Source: an uncultured virus (IMG/VR IMGVR_UViG_3300049445_000078) (Duplodnaviria > Heunggongvirae > Uroviricota > Caudoviricetes). From it: a stretch of 64,000 bases of DNA. The stretch's first letter is position 1, and each line of letters opens with the position of its first letter. The stretch lies in IMG/VR virus record IMGVR_UViG_3300049445_000078, one strand, 5' to 3'. This document shows positions 1-10,026 of this stretch, piece after piece. A program made the translations under genes and the position numbers. The notes under the pieces are model-generated. The model was not told the DNA's origin, ran no database searches, and was given only the letters and a program-made list of their open reading frames with translations.

Positions 1-1747
1 ACTCATCTCCACCTTCCTGAAGCAGTCCGTGGGCGTAATGAGCCTCGCCACCAAATTTAGGTTGGTCCGGGTGTCTTAAGCTTGAATTCCAACCGCTCTC
101 GTCCGGTACATTCATGAATATACCGCCGAGGAGATTAGGAGAGCCTCCAGCTTCCTTAATCGGAGTGGAAAAGGCGCTCTGAACCGTTCCCTGTTCCGGA
201 TTGGTAAAGCCCCCAACATTAGGTCTTGCTTGCGGTGCGGGGATGGCACCTTGCATGGCATTGCCAAGAACAGCAGACGGGTCTGCTCCCATTGCTTCTA
301 CCGGAGGGGCATCTCCAGCGGCAAAAAAGCGGTCATCGAATGATGCTGGAGAATCATCTGAACCACCATCGGCAAAGTGCTGGCCAAAGTCGTAGGGATT
401 GACTGCGCCACCTTCTGCCATATCGCCATAACCAGAACTATTTGATCCAAATAAATTTGGCAGAGACGAAGCCATCTTTAGGGCTTGGGATGCTTGGTTT
501 CCAAGCGTATCAGTCTGCGGTCTCATCATGGGTGTCTGCATATTGAGACCACCAGTAAGTAGTCCGGAATGGCCCGCACCCATGCCAAGAGGCAAATAAG
601 GAATAGGAGCACCGCCGCCGATTCTAGGAACGGCTAAACCAGGGACGGGAGGGGGTGCATTTTGAATGTCACCACCATCGGCAAATGTTGGAAGCGAGCC
701 GCCGATGGCCTGAAGGGCCTCAGCATCATACGGATTTCCTGCCTGAGCCTGTGGCAGCATGGCTGAGACATCATGCCGATAAGCCTGATCTGCTAGTTTC
801 CCATAAGTAGAGCCGCCATCGGCCATAGCCGCTCCGCCACGTTCAAATTGACCTCCAATAAGTTGCGGAGATGAAGCTGAGGCACCCTTTCCAAATCCGC
901 CACCAAATCCACCAAGCCCACCGAAGAGGCCGAGGGCGGATGTACCAAGGCCAAGAACTTGTGAAAGCGGGCTAGGAGAAGGATAAGTGGTCGTCGATTG
1001 CCCCTGCGTAGAACCACCAAGGGCAGGAGCAAGACCGCCAGTAATAGAAGCGAGATACTGGTTGTTCTGATAGGGCCAAGCTATCTGCGCCAGTTGATTC
1101 TGATACCCGGCATTCATCTGAGCCTGAGAGAGTTGCTGCTGCTGTCCACCAGCCGCACCCAAGGCTCCGGTCTCCGTCAAAGCGGAATTAAGAGCGGCAG
1201 GCCCCATCTGGGAAATGCCATATCCAGCACCGGCCTGCATCTGTTTCTGCTGTTGAGCAGCTTGGAGGGCCTGTTGATACAAACCGGCGTAGGTCTGCCC
1301 GGCAGCCAAGCCTTGCTGATTAGCCAATTCTGATTGACCGACCGCAATACGATCCGCACCAACGCCACCTGCCGCTTGGGTTAACTGTCCTGTAGTGGCT
1401 TGTTGCTGTTGACCAAAGATGTTCTGCATCTGATTGGTCACGCTCTGAGCCATCGGATTGTAGTAGTTGGCTACATCCTGCCCGCTTATCGGAGCCGCGC
1501 TCTGCTGAAGATACTGTTGGCCCTGATTAAAATATGGCTGTGAAAATCCCTGAAGCCCTTGTGTCTGTCCGAATGCTTGCTGCTGGAATGGGTTAAAGCC
1601 AGCGACAGGAGCGGTTGGCATAGCAAAGGGAGACTGTGCAAGACCTTGGGCAGCAGTAATAGCCTGCGTACCCGCTGCACCTACCGGAGCGTTTGGCGTA
1701 TATTGTTGACTGGTATTGGTTGAGACCTGATTCGACTTGCTACCCAT
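1..1747 (-). CDS. Putative internal virion/DNA ejection protein (runs off the window edge; absent from the ORF track)
   Basis: Hand translation from ATG 1747 (MGSKSNQVSTNTSQQYTPNAP...) stays open to position 1. Q/G/A-rich with repeated ADGG/AEGG motifs; lies downstream of the tail genes. Confidence 0.75.
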   Translation of the reverse strand, partial: MGSKSNQVSTNTSQQYTPNAPVGAAGTQAITAAQGLAQSPFAMPTAPVAGFNPFQQQAFGQTQGLQGFSQPYFNQGQQYLQQSAAPISGQDVANYYNPMAQSVTNQMQNIFGQQQQATTGQLTQAAGGVGADRIAVGQSELANQQGLAAGQTYAGLYQQALQAAQQQKQMQAGAGYGISQMGPAALNSALTETGALGAAGGQQQQLSQAQMNAGYQNQLAQIAWPYQNNQYLASITGGLAPALGGSTQGQSTTTYPSPSPLSQVLGLGTSALGLFGGLGGFGGGFGKGASASSPQLIGGQFERGGAAMADGGSTYGKLADQAYRHDVSAMLPQAQAGNPYDAEALQAIGGSLPTFADGGDIQNAPPPVPGLAVPRIGGGAPIPYLPLGMGAGHSGLLTGGLNMQTPMMRPQTDTLGNQASQALKMASSLPNLFGSNSSGYGDMAEGGAVNPYDFGQHFADGGSDDSPASFDDRFFAAGDAPPVEAMGADPSAVLGNAMQGAIPAPQARPNVGGFTNPEQGTVQSAFSTPIKEAGGSPNLLGGIFMNVPDESGWNSSLRHPDQPKFGGEAHYAHGLLQEGGDE

Positions 1748-1773
1748 TTTATTATATCTCGTTCATGATTTGT

Positions 1774-2283
1774 TCAGGAGCTACCAGCGACTGAGGCCAT
1801 GCTGCCTTTCGGCATGAGCAGGAAGAATTCTCCAACTTTAGGAAGCAGGCGTCGATAAAGACGGCACTTCGCCTCCGTCCTTTCGTTCGATATGATTCCT
1901 GTCATCAAGGGCAGCCCCGTAATCTCCACCTGAAGTTTCATCCATTCGATGAGAGCGTGGGCGTGATTCGACTTACGGCACTCCGGATCGACAAAAACTA
2001 TGAATTCCTCGACATGCTTATCTCTGGAATACCAGTAATCCCCGATGGTTACAAACACCAAACCCTCTAGGGCTCCAACCGGGCCAATAACTCCAATGGC
2101 TCCACGGGGACCAGTATCTCCAGGAGGAATGGTTTCAGGATTGAGAACCCGATTCATAAACCATTGGACCTTATCGGCAGCCAAGGTGAAGAGACCATTC
2201 TCCCGGTGCCCTTGGAGGAATAATCTCCACACTTCCTGTGCGTCAGCAGGCGTGGCAATACGAACAGAGGATGCACAGGTCAT
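1774..2283 (-). CDS. GNAT-fold protein in the virion module
   Basis: VRIATPADAQEV N-terminus, EEFIVFVDPECRKSNHAHALIEW acetyl-CoA-binding-like segment; position between tail and ejection genes. Confidence 0.65.
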   Translation of the reverse strand: MTCASSVRIATPADAQEVWRLFLQGHRENGLFTLAADKVQWFMNRVLNPETIPPGDTGPRGAIGVIGPVGALEGLVFVTIGDYWYSRDKHVEEFIVFVDPECRKSNHAHALIEWMKLQVEITGLPLMTGIISNERTEAKCRLYRRLLPKVGEFFLLMPKGSMASVAGSS

Positions 2284-2993
2284 GTCTTTGGCCCAGGGAG
2301 ACCCTTCAAGGTCTTGATGTGCTGCTTACGGGTGTGGAGAACGAATGCATCGAGAACCTTATGGCCCTTCTTGATATCACCAGCACCAAGCATCTTCACT
2401 ACATCAGGATGAATCACAAACTCTCCACCCGCAGCGACTATTGGAACGGTTCCGCTATCCTCCCCCGTATCCCCACCATCAGCAAACATTGGCTTAGGGA
2501 CACGTTGAGGGCTCATATTGAGATGAGGCATAGTAGGTCGTACACCACCAATATGAGGAAGCGGCATTCCACCGGGGCCCTTAGAAAACATTCGCTGAAG
2601 TATATTACCACCAGCAATACTATTCCCCTGTCCGAGTGCTGAAGGAATATCCGAAGGCAAGACATACGCACCAGCAGGAACGCTCATCGGCAGCTTGTCA
2701 GTCCTGCCCGGCACCGGAGACTTAATCATTCCCTCGAAGTGTAGATTTCTGGATGCTTGATGCTCCATCCATGAATCCATGCCGCCGCCTGAAGCATATT
2801 TCTTTGCTGTCCGCATGGCACCATCGAGTGCGCCGCCCTTACTTTTCTTGACATGATAGGGAAGCTTTTTGCCCTTCGAGGCGCTATTCCATTCTCCAAC
2901 ATCGACGCCTTGCGATTCCAGTTCCTTCTTGTGGATGTTGAAATATGCGGCCTGTGCACGCGATTTAAAGGGCATTTTGTTTCCTTTAGGCAC
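2280..2993 (-). CDS. Virion-associated protein with xxGG motifs
   Basis: MPFKSRAQAAY basic N-terminus, GRTDKLPMSVPAGAYVLPSD and GGEFVIHPDVV motifs; overlaps both neighbours. Confidence 0.6.
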   Translation of the reverse strand: MPKGNKMPFKSRAQAAYFNIHKKELESQGVDVGEWNSASKGKKLPYHVKKSKGGALDGAMRTAKKYASGGGMDSWMEHQASRNLHFEGMIKSPVPGRTDKLPMSVPAGAYVLPSDIPSALGQGNSIAGGNILQRMFSKGPGGMPLPHIGGVRPTMPHLNMSPQRVPKPMFADGGDTGEDSGTVPIVAAGGEFVIHPDVVKMLGAGDIKKGHKVLDAFVLHTRKQHIKTLKGLPGPKT

Positions 2994-3903
2994 TTCTTAG
3001 CATGGTTATGCCGCCAACAAAAACTGGGGGCATATTCTGGGCACCACCAGAGCCGTATGTTGCGATAGAGGTGGCGACAGTAATTCCGGTTGTCGCAAGA
3101 TCAGTGGTAGACTTTGCGATTGCCGCATTGGGGTTTGCAGCAAAACCAGAATTAGCGCCAGCAGAGTTTGAAATATTCAAAGTATGGAGATGCCCTGGAT
3201 CAGTAACAGAGCTATTCGCTGTATGACTGTGGGCCTGCGTGTTTTGATCTCCACCGCTGCCAAGCAGCGTGTTTCCAGGAACTCCAGATACGGCAGAACT
3301 TACCCTCCCTACGCCAGCATCCAAGGCAAGCCTGAGTCGCCCCCTTGCATCAGGAAGAGTCGTTCCACCAAGGATTGTTGCCAAAACAGGGTATGTGGCT
3401 GACGAAAAGGCGGTCCCGTCGCAGTTGAGGTATGGAGGAACGGTGCAGGCTGAGACCCAAGCCGGGACAGAGGAACCAGCATAATCCCAATAGTCACCAA
3501 CACCTCGCCCCAGATTCATATATTTTACGTTCGAGCCGTCAGTGAATATCTGGGTAGGAGTCCCCCACGGGCAGCCAATGGTTTGTCCACCGGCAGTTGT
3601 GAGGAATGTCACCTGAAAATTGGATGTGTTGCTGGTGAGGTTCTGGACCGTGTAGAAACTGCCAACGGCTGGGAATGTAACAGCAACACTACCGCTCAAG
3701 GCCCCGGTGAACACAAGAAAGGCGCACTGATACTGCGCTCCGCTTAGCGTTACGGGGGAGTTAGTAAGGGGGATCGTTGCAACGCCACCGAAGGAGTTGT
3801 CGATGATCCCCATGTTTCCATTAACGGGAACGTCCCAGGTGCCAACGTCCGAACCCCTGGTTGGTTGAGCTAAAAATTTGTTGACTGTTGTGGGGTCTGG
3901 AAT
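2986..3903 (-). CDS. Tail fibre protein with tail-collar-like domain; probable ATT start
   Basis: YLNCDGTAFSSATYPVLATILGGTTLPDARGR collar motif and QAHSH/PGHLH repeats. The frame is open 30 codons above the track ATG (3813) up to an ATT preceded by GGAGG. Confidence 0.75.
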   Translation of the reverse strand: MPDPTTVNKFLAQPTRGSDVGTWDVPVNGNMGIIDNSFGGVATIPLTNSPVTLSGAQYQCAFLVFTGALSGSVAVTFPAVGSFYTVQNLTSNTSNFQVTFLTTAGGQTIGCPWGTPTQIFTDGSNVKYMNLGRGVGDYWDYAGSSVPAWVSACTVPPYLNCDGTAFSSATYPVLATILGGTTLPDARGRLRLALDAGVGRVSSAVSGVPGNTLLGSGGDQNTQAHSHTANSSVTDPGHLHTLNISNSAGANSGFAANPNAAIAKSTTDLATTGITVATSIATYGSGGAQNMPPVFVGGITMLRSA

Positions 3904-3942
3904 CTTAGCCTCCCATGTACCTATATCCGAAGTGTTGCATAA

Positions 3943-4170
3943 CTAACTACTCGGCAAGAGAGCGATGCGATAGCTACCGCCTGAACTGGTCTGGAATAGG
4001 CCGAATGCCACAACCTGCGACGAGTTATAGGTTACTGTACCAGCCGTAGGAGCCACTGAACTAAGGGACGTAATTGGCGGGAAGGAGGCGGCAAGCTGCG
4101 TTTGCAGCCCCTGAATCGCCGTAACCCCGTTCTGGAGCGCCGAAAGTATGTCGCTCAGGCCGATGGCCAT
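3943..4170 (-). CDS. Small virion protein
   Basis: 75 aa ORF sharing a base with the stop codon of the upstream gene. Confidence 0.6.
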   Translation of the reverse strand: MAIGLSDILSALQNGVTAIQGLQTQLAASFPPITSLSSVAPTAGTVTYNSSQVVAFGLFQTSSGGSYRIALLPSS

Positions 4171-6191
4171 TACCTTCTCCCGCTCGAAGCGTAGCGAAAA
4201 CGTATTTTCCCTAGCCGGAAGAAGCCTTCATTCTGGCTTTGGACCGAAACCGACATCAACCTACCACGAATCCTAGGGGTAATGTATTCCGTCATCTGGG
4301 TGACCGTATACGGCCCATAAGACCGTGGGACATCACCCGGGTAGTCCACACTGTAGAAAGTCAGGTTAATTGCCGTACCCTGACCACCCCCATAGAAGCC
4401 CCACTTGAAGTCGGGAATGACCCAATCGACAAAGGAGAGTTCGTTTCCTTCCGAAATAGCCCACCAGCCGCTCGTAAACGAAGGATTGGATGCCCCAGGA
4501 TTAAGCGTCCCTGTTTCATGCTGGTAGAGGAAGGCACCGGAATCGGTCCCTATAGGGTTGCCAAAGACGGAGATATCCATCCAGGCCGTCCGGTTCATCG
4601 TCCCGTAATCCCACGTTCCATCGACAACATTCATCTTGACGTAGGAATCGTTCTCAGTCGCATTAGTAGAGGGGAAGAACCATGCAATCTCGTTAAAGAC
4701 GCTGTTGGGAGCGCAGCGCACCTTCCAGGCATTGGTGGGGTTGATGTTCTGGAAGATAAAGTCCCAGACAGGACATGGGATGGGAGTGACACCGTTCTGA
4801 GTAATTGTGAAGAAGTTATCCTGACCGCACCAGTAAACTGACCCATTTATGACACCGGCAGCGTGGGACCCGATCCAACCGCAACCTGAACCAACGCGGG
4901 TGAAGTTGAAGATAACGACACCGCCGACATACTGCATGATCCAGACATCGAGATCGGTCGAGATCACTCCATAGTTAGGAGCCTGAATACCACCAACAAT
5001 GACGGAGCCTGTCGGGAAGTGAAAACTACCGGCAGTCGTCTGACTGGAAACCACCCAATTGTTAAAGTCTCCCGCGTTGCACCATCTCACAACGAGATTG
5101 TCTTGCGTCCCTGTGCTCTGGACTGACTTCCAGGCTACCAGAATCTGCTGCGGCATCGAGATGAAAATACCGCCGTTAAAGAGCGGGGCGCTTGTAATGA
5201 CTTGCGCGGTCGTTAGACCACTATCCATGGACCAAATGTAAATGGAACCATCCTTGGGACACGCCAGAAGAAATTCACCCCAGTTATCCTGACTCCAATC
5301 AGTTGCGGTTATTGGCGCTCCAGGAGTTCCTGTCGTTGCAGACCCTGAACCAAATCCACCATCACCGAAACCGCCTGCGCCAAATCCGGAACCAAGCGGC
5401 TGTGGACCAAGGGCGACATAATAATATAACTGCGCCAAGCCATTATTCATCGTTGCGGACGACGACGATGTTGCCTGCATATCTGCGGTGATGTTGAACG
5501 TAGTGGAGTCAATGACGGACGCTATATAATAAGGCCCTTGTACGGTAAGGCCGCCAACATTCGTTGGAGCATAAAACGTCTGTTGCAGCCCGGTAATGGG
5601 TTGAAAGTTATTGTTCGGCAGAGTTACCAGGATATTTGCGCCACCGGCTGTGGTGTTAAATCCAGGCAAAATACCTGAGCTATTGATCGTGGTACTGGCG
5701 GAAACGCTGGACAGGATCGTATATGACCCTGTGCTCAGAACGCTGGTGATCTGATATGCGCCGTTGAGAAGGAGGTTTCCTATAGCAATAGGTGTTCTGA
5801 AAAACACGGAATTATAAACGCTCGGTCCAGCGTTACTGTCGATAATAGTGACGGAATTGCTTCCAGATGAAATCGAGAAATTCGGGGCAGGATTAGTGAT
5901 ACTGAATTGTGGGGTTATGTTTTCCAGGTCAGCCGTATCTGAATGATAGATCGTCAGAGACTGTGTTGCGCCGATGCCGATATGTTCGTCACTGGTAAAC
6001 CCTCTCCATCCATGAAGGTCTCTAACGGTTGAGCCGACCGTAAACGGCGTGAAGAGTTGCCAGCCACCGTAAGACTGTGCCATTCCATTCTTGAAACGGA
6101 TAAGTTGAGACTGCGAAATGCCAGCCTCATTCAAAGATGGAGTGCGCTCCACATCGACGCCCGGCTTAAGCTCGACTGCTCCCATCGGCAC
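4170..6191 (-). CDS. Tail nozzle/DNA stabilization protein (P22 gp10 / tubular protein B-like)
   Basis: 673 aa beta-rich, Trp-rich protein (WSQDNWGEFLLAC, EIAWFFPS, RIRGRLMSV); position after the adaptor gene. Confidence 0.7.
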   Translation of the reverse strand: MPMGAVELKPGVDVERTPSLNEAGISQSQLIRFKNGMAQSYGGWQLFTPFTVGSTVRDLHGWRGFTSDEHIGIGATQSLTIYHSDTADLENITPQFSITNPAPNFSISSGSNSVTIIDSNAGPSVYNSVFFRTPIAIGNLLLNGAYQITSVLSTGSYTILSSVSASTTINSSGILPGFNTTAGGANILVTLPNNNFQPITGLQQTFYAPTNVGGLTVQGPYYIASVIDSTTFNITADMQATSSSSATMNNGLAQLYYYVALGPQPLGSGFGAGGFGDGGFGSGSATTGTPGAPITATDWSQDNWGEFLLACPKDGSIYIWSMDSGLTTAQVITSAPLFNGGIFISMPQQILVAWKSVQSTGTQDNLVVRWCNAGDFNNWVVSSQTTAGSFHFPTGSVIVGGIQAPNYGVISTDLDVWIMQYVGGVVIFNFTRVGSGCGWIGSHAAGVINGSVYWCGQDNFFTITQNGVTPIPCPVWDFIFQNINPTNAWKVRCAPNSVFNEIAWFFPSTNATENDSYVKMNVVDGTWDYGTMNRTAWMDISVFGNPIGTDSGAFLYQHETGTLNPGASNPSFTSGWWAISEGNELSFVDWVIPDFKWGFYGGGQGTAINLTFYSVDYPGDVPRSYGPYTVTQMTEYITPRIRGRLMSVSVQSQNEGFFRLGKIRFRYASSGRR

Positions 6192-6194
6192 GGA

Positions 6195-6914
6195 TTAGGT
6201 CCTTTTCGGAGTGGCGATGGGGGAGGGGGAATCTGAGGTCCACCCCTCCGCTTGGAACTTGGCTCTCGCCTGCTCAACCTGAGCCGAGGCAAACAACTTG
6301 CCAAATTGAGTTTCCCACGATGTCCCCATAGCTGGGTTATCAGCGCCTTGAGCGCCGAAATCTCGCATATATCCAGCCGCAAAGACCATTGAGGCAGCAA
6401 AGAATAAATCAGGGACGTACTGGGTTAGTATCGTGCTGGAGTTTGAAGCCGATAAGGACGGCGGGCGTTGCACGCCGATGACTTCGGCCACATACGAAGC
6501 ATCAGGCGCTGGCCCAAAGATGACCTGGGTATTGGAAGCCATCGCATAGAATTCTGGGACGCCTGTTGCCGTCTGCCCTGACGGATAGGCAATATCGAGG
6601 AATTCGCGGGAAGTGGGTGTAAGCTGAACTCTTGTCCCACTCGCCGCTGGAGTTCCTGCCGGAGTAATGATGTTGATATTATCGCAGACGATATAGGTGC
6701 CGGTGCTTGTCGGCAGAGAAAAGAACCTGTTCCCAGAACTCACGGAAGTTGTTGAATCAGTAACTTGCGTATAGAGTAAATCGAGTTCTCGATATATCCT
6801 TTGCTCACTGTAATCAATCATCCCCGGAAGCATGGTATTGAAGTTAGCATCAGCACTGCTGACGGGCATCATATTCGCTACTTGAGAGACATAGCTGGTA
6901 TAGTTGAGGCTCAT
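6195..6914 (-). CDS. Head-tail adaptor protein
   Basis: IDYSEQRIYRELDL, GVPEFYA and FGPAPDASY motifs typical of podovirus adaptors. Confidence 0.65.
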   Translation of the reverse strand: MSLNYTSYVSQVANMMPVSSADANFNTMLPGMIDYSEQRIYRELDLLYTQVTDSTTSVSSGNRFFSLPTSTGTYIVCDNINIITPAGTPAASGTRVQLTPTSREFLDIAYPSGQTATGVPEFYAMASNTQVIFGPAPDASYVAEVIGVQRPPSLSASNSSTILTQYVPDLFFAASMVFAAGYMRDFGAQGADNPAMGTSWETQFGKLFASAQVEQARAKFQAEGWTSDSPSPIATPKRT

Positions 6915-7693
6915 GTGTTGCTACTTCCATCAGAGACGTTGAATTGAACCTGTGCAACGGCGATTCCAGATGCCCCACCATAGAAGGCAACGCGGTGGAA
7001 TTGATATCTAGCTCCTATACCTGTGCCGGTGATGCTCTCGCCAACCGTTCCCACTGGATTGCCGGATGCAATCGTTGTCCATGATCCAAAGCCGGAGTTA
7101 ACCTGAGAACCTTGAACAACATAGGCTGTCGAGCCAAATGTGCTGTTGTTCGGGGCGGTGATAGTAAAGGACTCAACCGTATGAGTTAGAACGGGAGAGT
7201 CGAGACTCGCTGGCAGCGTTGTCGCCGGATATCCTGACCAGTTAATCCCTACATAATTGTTGTAGCTGGAGTTCGGCGTGCTAATCATGGCAGACATGAA
7301 GGATGGCTTATTCACATTGCCGTCGAAGGCCGCAGGAACACCACCGGCATTCACCATGTTGCCGATCTGGCCGCTGAACTGCCAACGTGATGGGCTTGGA
7401 TTAGCGCCTATCGCGGAGAGTGGATTGCTGTCTGGGACATATTGCTCTGGTCGAGCGTTCTGTATTGGAATTGGATCGGCAGGTAGTATGATCGTGCGCT
7501 GGCCGTTTTCCTGAAATTGGTCAATGCAACTTTCACAGCATAGGATTCGTAAGTTCTGCAACTTTACGCCTCTGTAATCGTACTGCCACCGTAGCTTGTA
7601 ATGGTTAGTAGTTCTACCGCAGCGGTCGCAAATACCTTTTGCTGCTGGGAATGACGGACTGATATCAGCTTCACCGTGCGGGCGGTAACTCAT
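6911..7693 (-). CDS. Zn-finger protein fused to a discoidin/F5-8-like beta-sandwich
   Basis: ICDRCG...CCESCID N-terminus; AFDGN...VVQGS...WTTIA...YQFHRV C-terminal pattern. Confidence 0.55.
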   Translation of the reverse strand: MSYRPHGEADISPSFPAAKGICDRCGRTTNHYKLRWQYDYRGVKLQNLRILCCESCIDQFQENGQRTIILPADPIPIQNARPEQYVPDSNPLSAIGANPSPSRWQFSGQIGNMVNAGGVPAAFDGNVNKPSFMSAMISTPNSSYNNYVGINWSGYPATTLPASLDSPVLTHTVESFTITAPNNSTFGSTAYVVQGSQVNSGFGSWTTIASGNPVGTVGESITGTGIGARYQFHRVAFYGGASGIAVAQVQFNVSDGSSNT

Positions 7694-8166
7694 CTAGCCC
7701 TCGCAAATTCAGAGAAATGCTCTTTTGCTGCCTTTATATACGCAGCATGAGCATCTTCTCGCGTTTGAAAGGTTCCTAAATATCTAGTCTTATAATCTAC
7801 GTGGATGTAAGCTCTAATTGCACCATTCCTCTTATCGATAACAATTCCTTTCACACCAGATTTATTATTTTTACTTATACGCGAATTTCCGCTGTTTTGT
7901 TGCTGCGTTGCCAATCGCAAGTTGCAAATTCTGTTGTCTGATCTAACTCCATTAATGTGATCAATTTGTCTCTCAGGAGCAGAACCATAAATATATAGCC
8001 ATGCTAATCTATGAAGATATACGCGATGCCCATCTATTTTGGCTTCTCTATATCCTTGAGAATGGGCCGATCCAATGATTTTGCGACCGCGAGTATTCTT
8101 CCACCGGAAAATCCCAGTGTCAGGATCGTAGTCTACAAGTTCTTTTAATCTCTCAGTCGGTATCAT
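7690..8166 (-). CDS. HNH homing endonuclease with AP2-like domain
   Basis: LHRLAW...IDHINGVRSDNRICNLR HNH motif; YLGTFQTREDAHAAY AP2-like tail; AT-richer than its neighbours. Confidence 0.9.
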   Translation of the reverse strand: MIPTERLKELVDYDPDTGIFRWKNTRGRKIIGSAHSQGYREAKIDGHRVYLHRLAWLYIYGSAPERQIDHINGVRSDNRICNLRLATQQQNSGNSRISKNNKSGVKGIVIDKRNGAIRAYIHVDYKTRYLGTFQTREDAHAAYIKAAKEHFSEFARAR

Positions 8167-8175
8167 CTTCGTCTC

Positions 8176-8886
8176 TTAATTATTGCTGTAATAGCCGCCA
8201 AGGCCCGGAGCGATGACCATGGCTATGTTCTCGACATCCTGCCTTGTCGCTATCTCCCAAGCACGCATGTATCTCGCAAAGAGTTTGTCCTCTAGTTGAG
8301 GAGCGTATATTTCAGCGAGCTTCCATGCCAAGCCAGCACAGTAAGCCTCGTAAAATCTAAATGGAATTTCCACATTTTGACCATTTGAGACATCAGCATC
8401 CTGAGTCTGCCTGACTGAGTAGAACTTCGCCGTATAAGGCCCATTGCCATCCGGGAATGGATAGAATGTGATGGTCTGCGAGATTAATCTGTCATACCAG
8501 AATACTGTCGGAGTCCCCTGCGTCGTCTTATTGGAGTACGAGGCATATTCAGTGCGGCTTACGGGCCATAGTATTCTATCCGTAGTTACGTTCGTTCCTG
8601 ACGAGATGTAGAGATCGAGAATCATGACGGTTGGGGCGGGAACCGAGTAGGTCCCCACACCTTGCGTAAGCGGCATTGTCTGAAGCGCAACTTCCCAGAG
8701 ATTCGGAGTAGCGTTGGACCACTCAGACAATAGGAAATTCAGCGCCATCCTGGCGTTGAACATATGATCCTGCCCGATAGATGCTGGCCTGATCTGACAC
8801 CGCCCAAAGGCAGCAAGAACAAACTCAGCCCCGGTCGGAGCATAGTTGAACGTGCCGCTGGTTTGCTGGGACGTTACGAACATCAA
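8176..8886 (-). CDS. Tail tubular/adaptor-like protein
   Basis: ARMALNFLLSEWSN, QGTPTVFWYDR and EIPFRFYEAYCAGLAWKLA motifs. Confidence 0.65.
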   Translation of the reverse strand: MMFVTSQQTSGTFNYAPTGAEFVLAAFGRCQIRPASIGQDHMFNARMALNFLLSEWSNATPNLWEVALQTMPLTQGVGTYSVPAPTVMILDLYISSGTNVTTDRILWPVSRTEYASYSNKTTQGTPTVFWYDRLISQTITFYPFPDGNGPYTAKFYSVRQTQDADVSNGQNVEIPFRFYEAYCAGLAWKLAEIYAPQLEDKLFARYMRAWEIATRQDVENIAMVIAPGLGGYYSNN

Positions 8887-9707
8887 ACTGCTCCCATATA
8901 GGTGTTGAAACGGGAATAAAGATTTCCTGCCAATGTCGAATTTAGGCTCCCTCCAAACACAACAATGGATAGCGTGCTGGCCATATCGGAACTCTGGTTC
9001 TGTGAATATCCAAGCGAAAATGTATCGTTGTTAAGAAGACTCTCGGAAGGAGCTACACCATAAGACCCAATGGAAACCGCATTCTTATATCCTTGGCGCG
9101 TGGTTGCGCTATCACGATTACCGAGAAAGAACCCGGCTGAATTTGCCAGTACAAAGCCGCCTGTGTTAGGACCGTCATTGACACGCATAAAACAGCTTCC
9201 GCTTAAGCTTGGAATTAAGTGTTCTCCTTGAGTAGCGGCGTTAGTCATTCCTAGTGGGGCGCATCCATCGGTTGGCGTGTTAAAACACCAGCATCCCATT
9301 GATGCGCTATTCAGGGTGTAGAACCCTCCGGCTGTCTTAGCATTATAAGATGTTAAGCGGTTAGCGTTAGTGGTTGCAGAATATCCTTGGTCTGCGGTAA
9401 ATGTCGGAGTGCCAACAAGCACAGCATTAAAGCTTGACGATACGAGATTAAGAAGTGCTGTCGTGCTATCCTGTGTAGCAAGGCAATGAAGCACATCGAG
9501 ATAGGATGACGTTCCATCAGAATTGAACAATCCGTCCGTTGTCAGTCCGTCTAACAGACCGGCGTAGGCATTAAGGTGTGTAGCATCCAATCCAGAAGTA
9601 CGGCCAATGAAATTCGTATAGGCAACGCTATGACCTGAAGTTGACACTAAAAACTCAGTCTCAGTGGCCGGGATGATCTTTTTTGTGTAATCAAAGAAAT
9701 CAGACAC
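8883..9707 (-). CDS. Lectin/LamG-like virion accessory protein (paralog of 40240..41169)
   Basis: Beta-rich; shares PTxTxFxV, YxLNSAS and NR...Y[KH]N motifs with 40240..41169. Confidence 0.5.
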   Translation of the reverse strand: MSDFFDYTKKIIPATETEFLVSTSGHSVAYTNFIGRTSGLDATHLNAYAGLLDGLTTDGLFNSDGTSSYLDVLHCLATQDSTTALLNLVSSSFNAVLVGTPTFTADQGYSATTNANRLTSYNAKTAGGFYTLNSASMGCWCFNTPTDGCAPLGMTNAATQGEHLIPSLSGSCFMRVNDGPNTGGFVLANSAGFFLGNRDSATTRQGYKNAVSIGSYGVAPSESLLNNDTFSLGYSQNQSSDMASTLSIVVFGGSLNSTLAGNLYSRFNTYMGAV

Positions 9708-9723
9708 AGTTCACCCTTTGTTC

Positions 9724-10026
9724 TTATGGCTCTATTATACGAATCACACCAGTCTGGGCAGCGGTAGAAAACCCCGTAGCATACACGGACCATGGGGCAA
9801 GACCCAAGGCAGCCGAGGTGGATGACCACACCCCGAGAAAGAAGCTATTGACCGGCCCTAATGTCACCGTGTCCGTCTGTGAGGCATTACTGATATTAGT
9901 GTAAGTAATGCTCAGAGTAGCCCCGCTCGGCACCGTTATCTGGTTATTGGAGTCGAAGAACTCCGCTACGAATTCAGCGGAATTTCCCTGAACGATGTTA
10001 ACGGGGCCTAGACTGATCTGTGTCAT
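9724..10026 (-). CDS. Small beta-sandwich virion protein
   Basis: 100 aa ORF abutting 10027..11424; ends IIEP. Confidence 0.55.
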   Translation of the reverse strand: MTQISLGPVNIVQGNSAEFVAEFFDSNNQITVPSGATLSITYTNISNASQTDTVTLGPVNSFFLGVWSSTSAALGLAPWSVYATGFSTAAQTGVIRIIEP

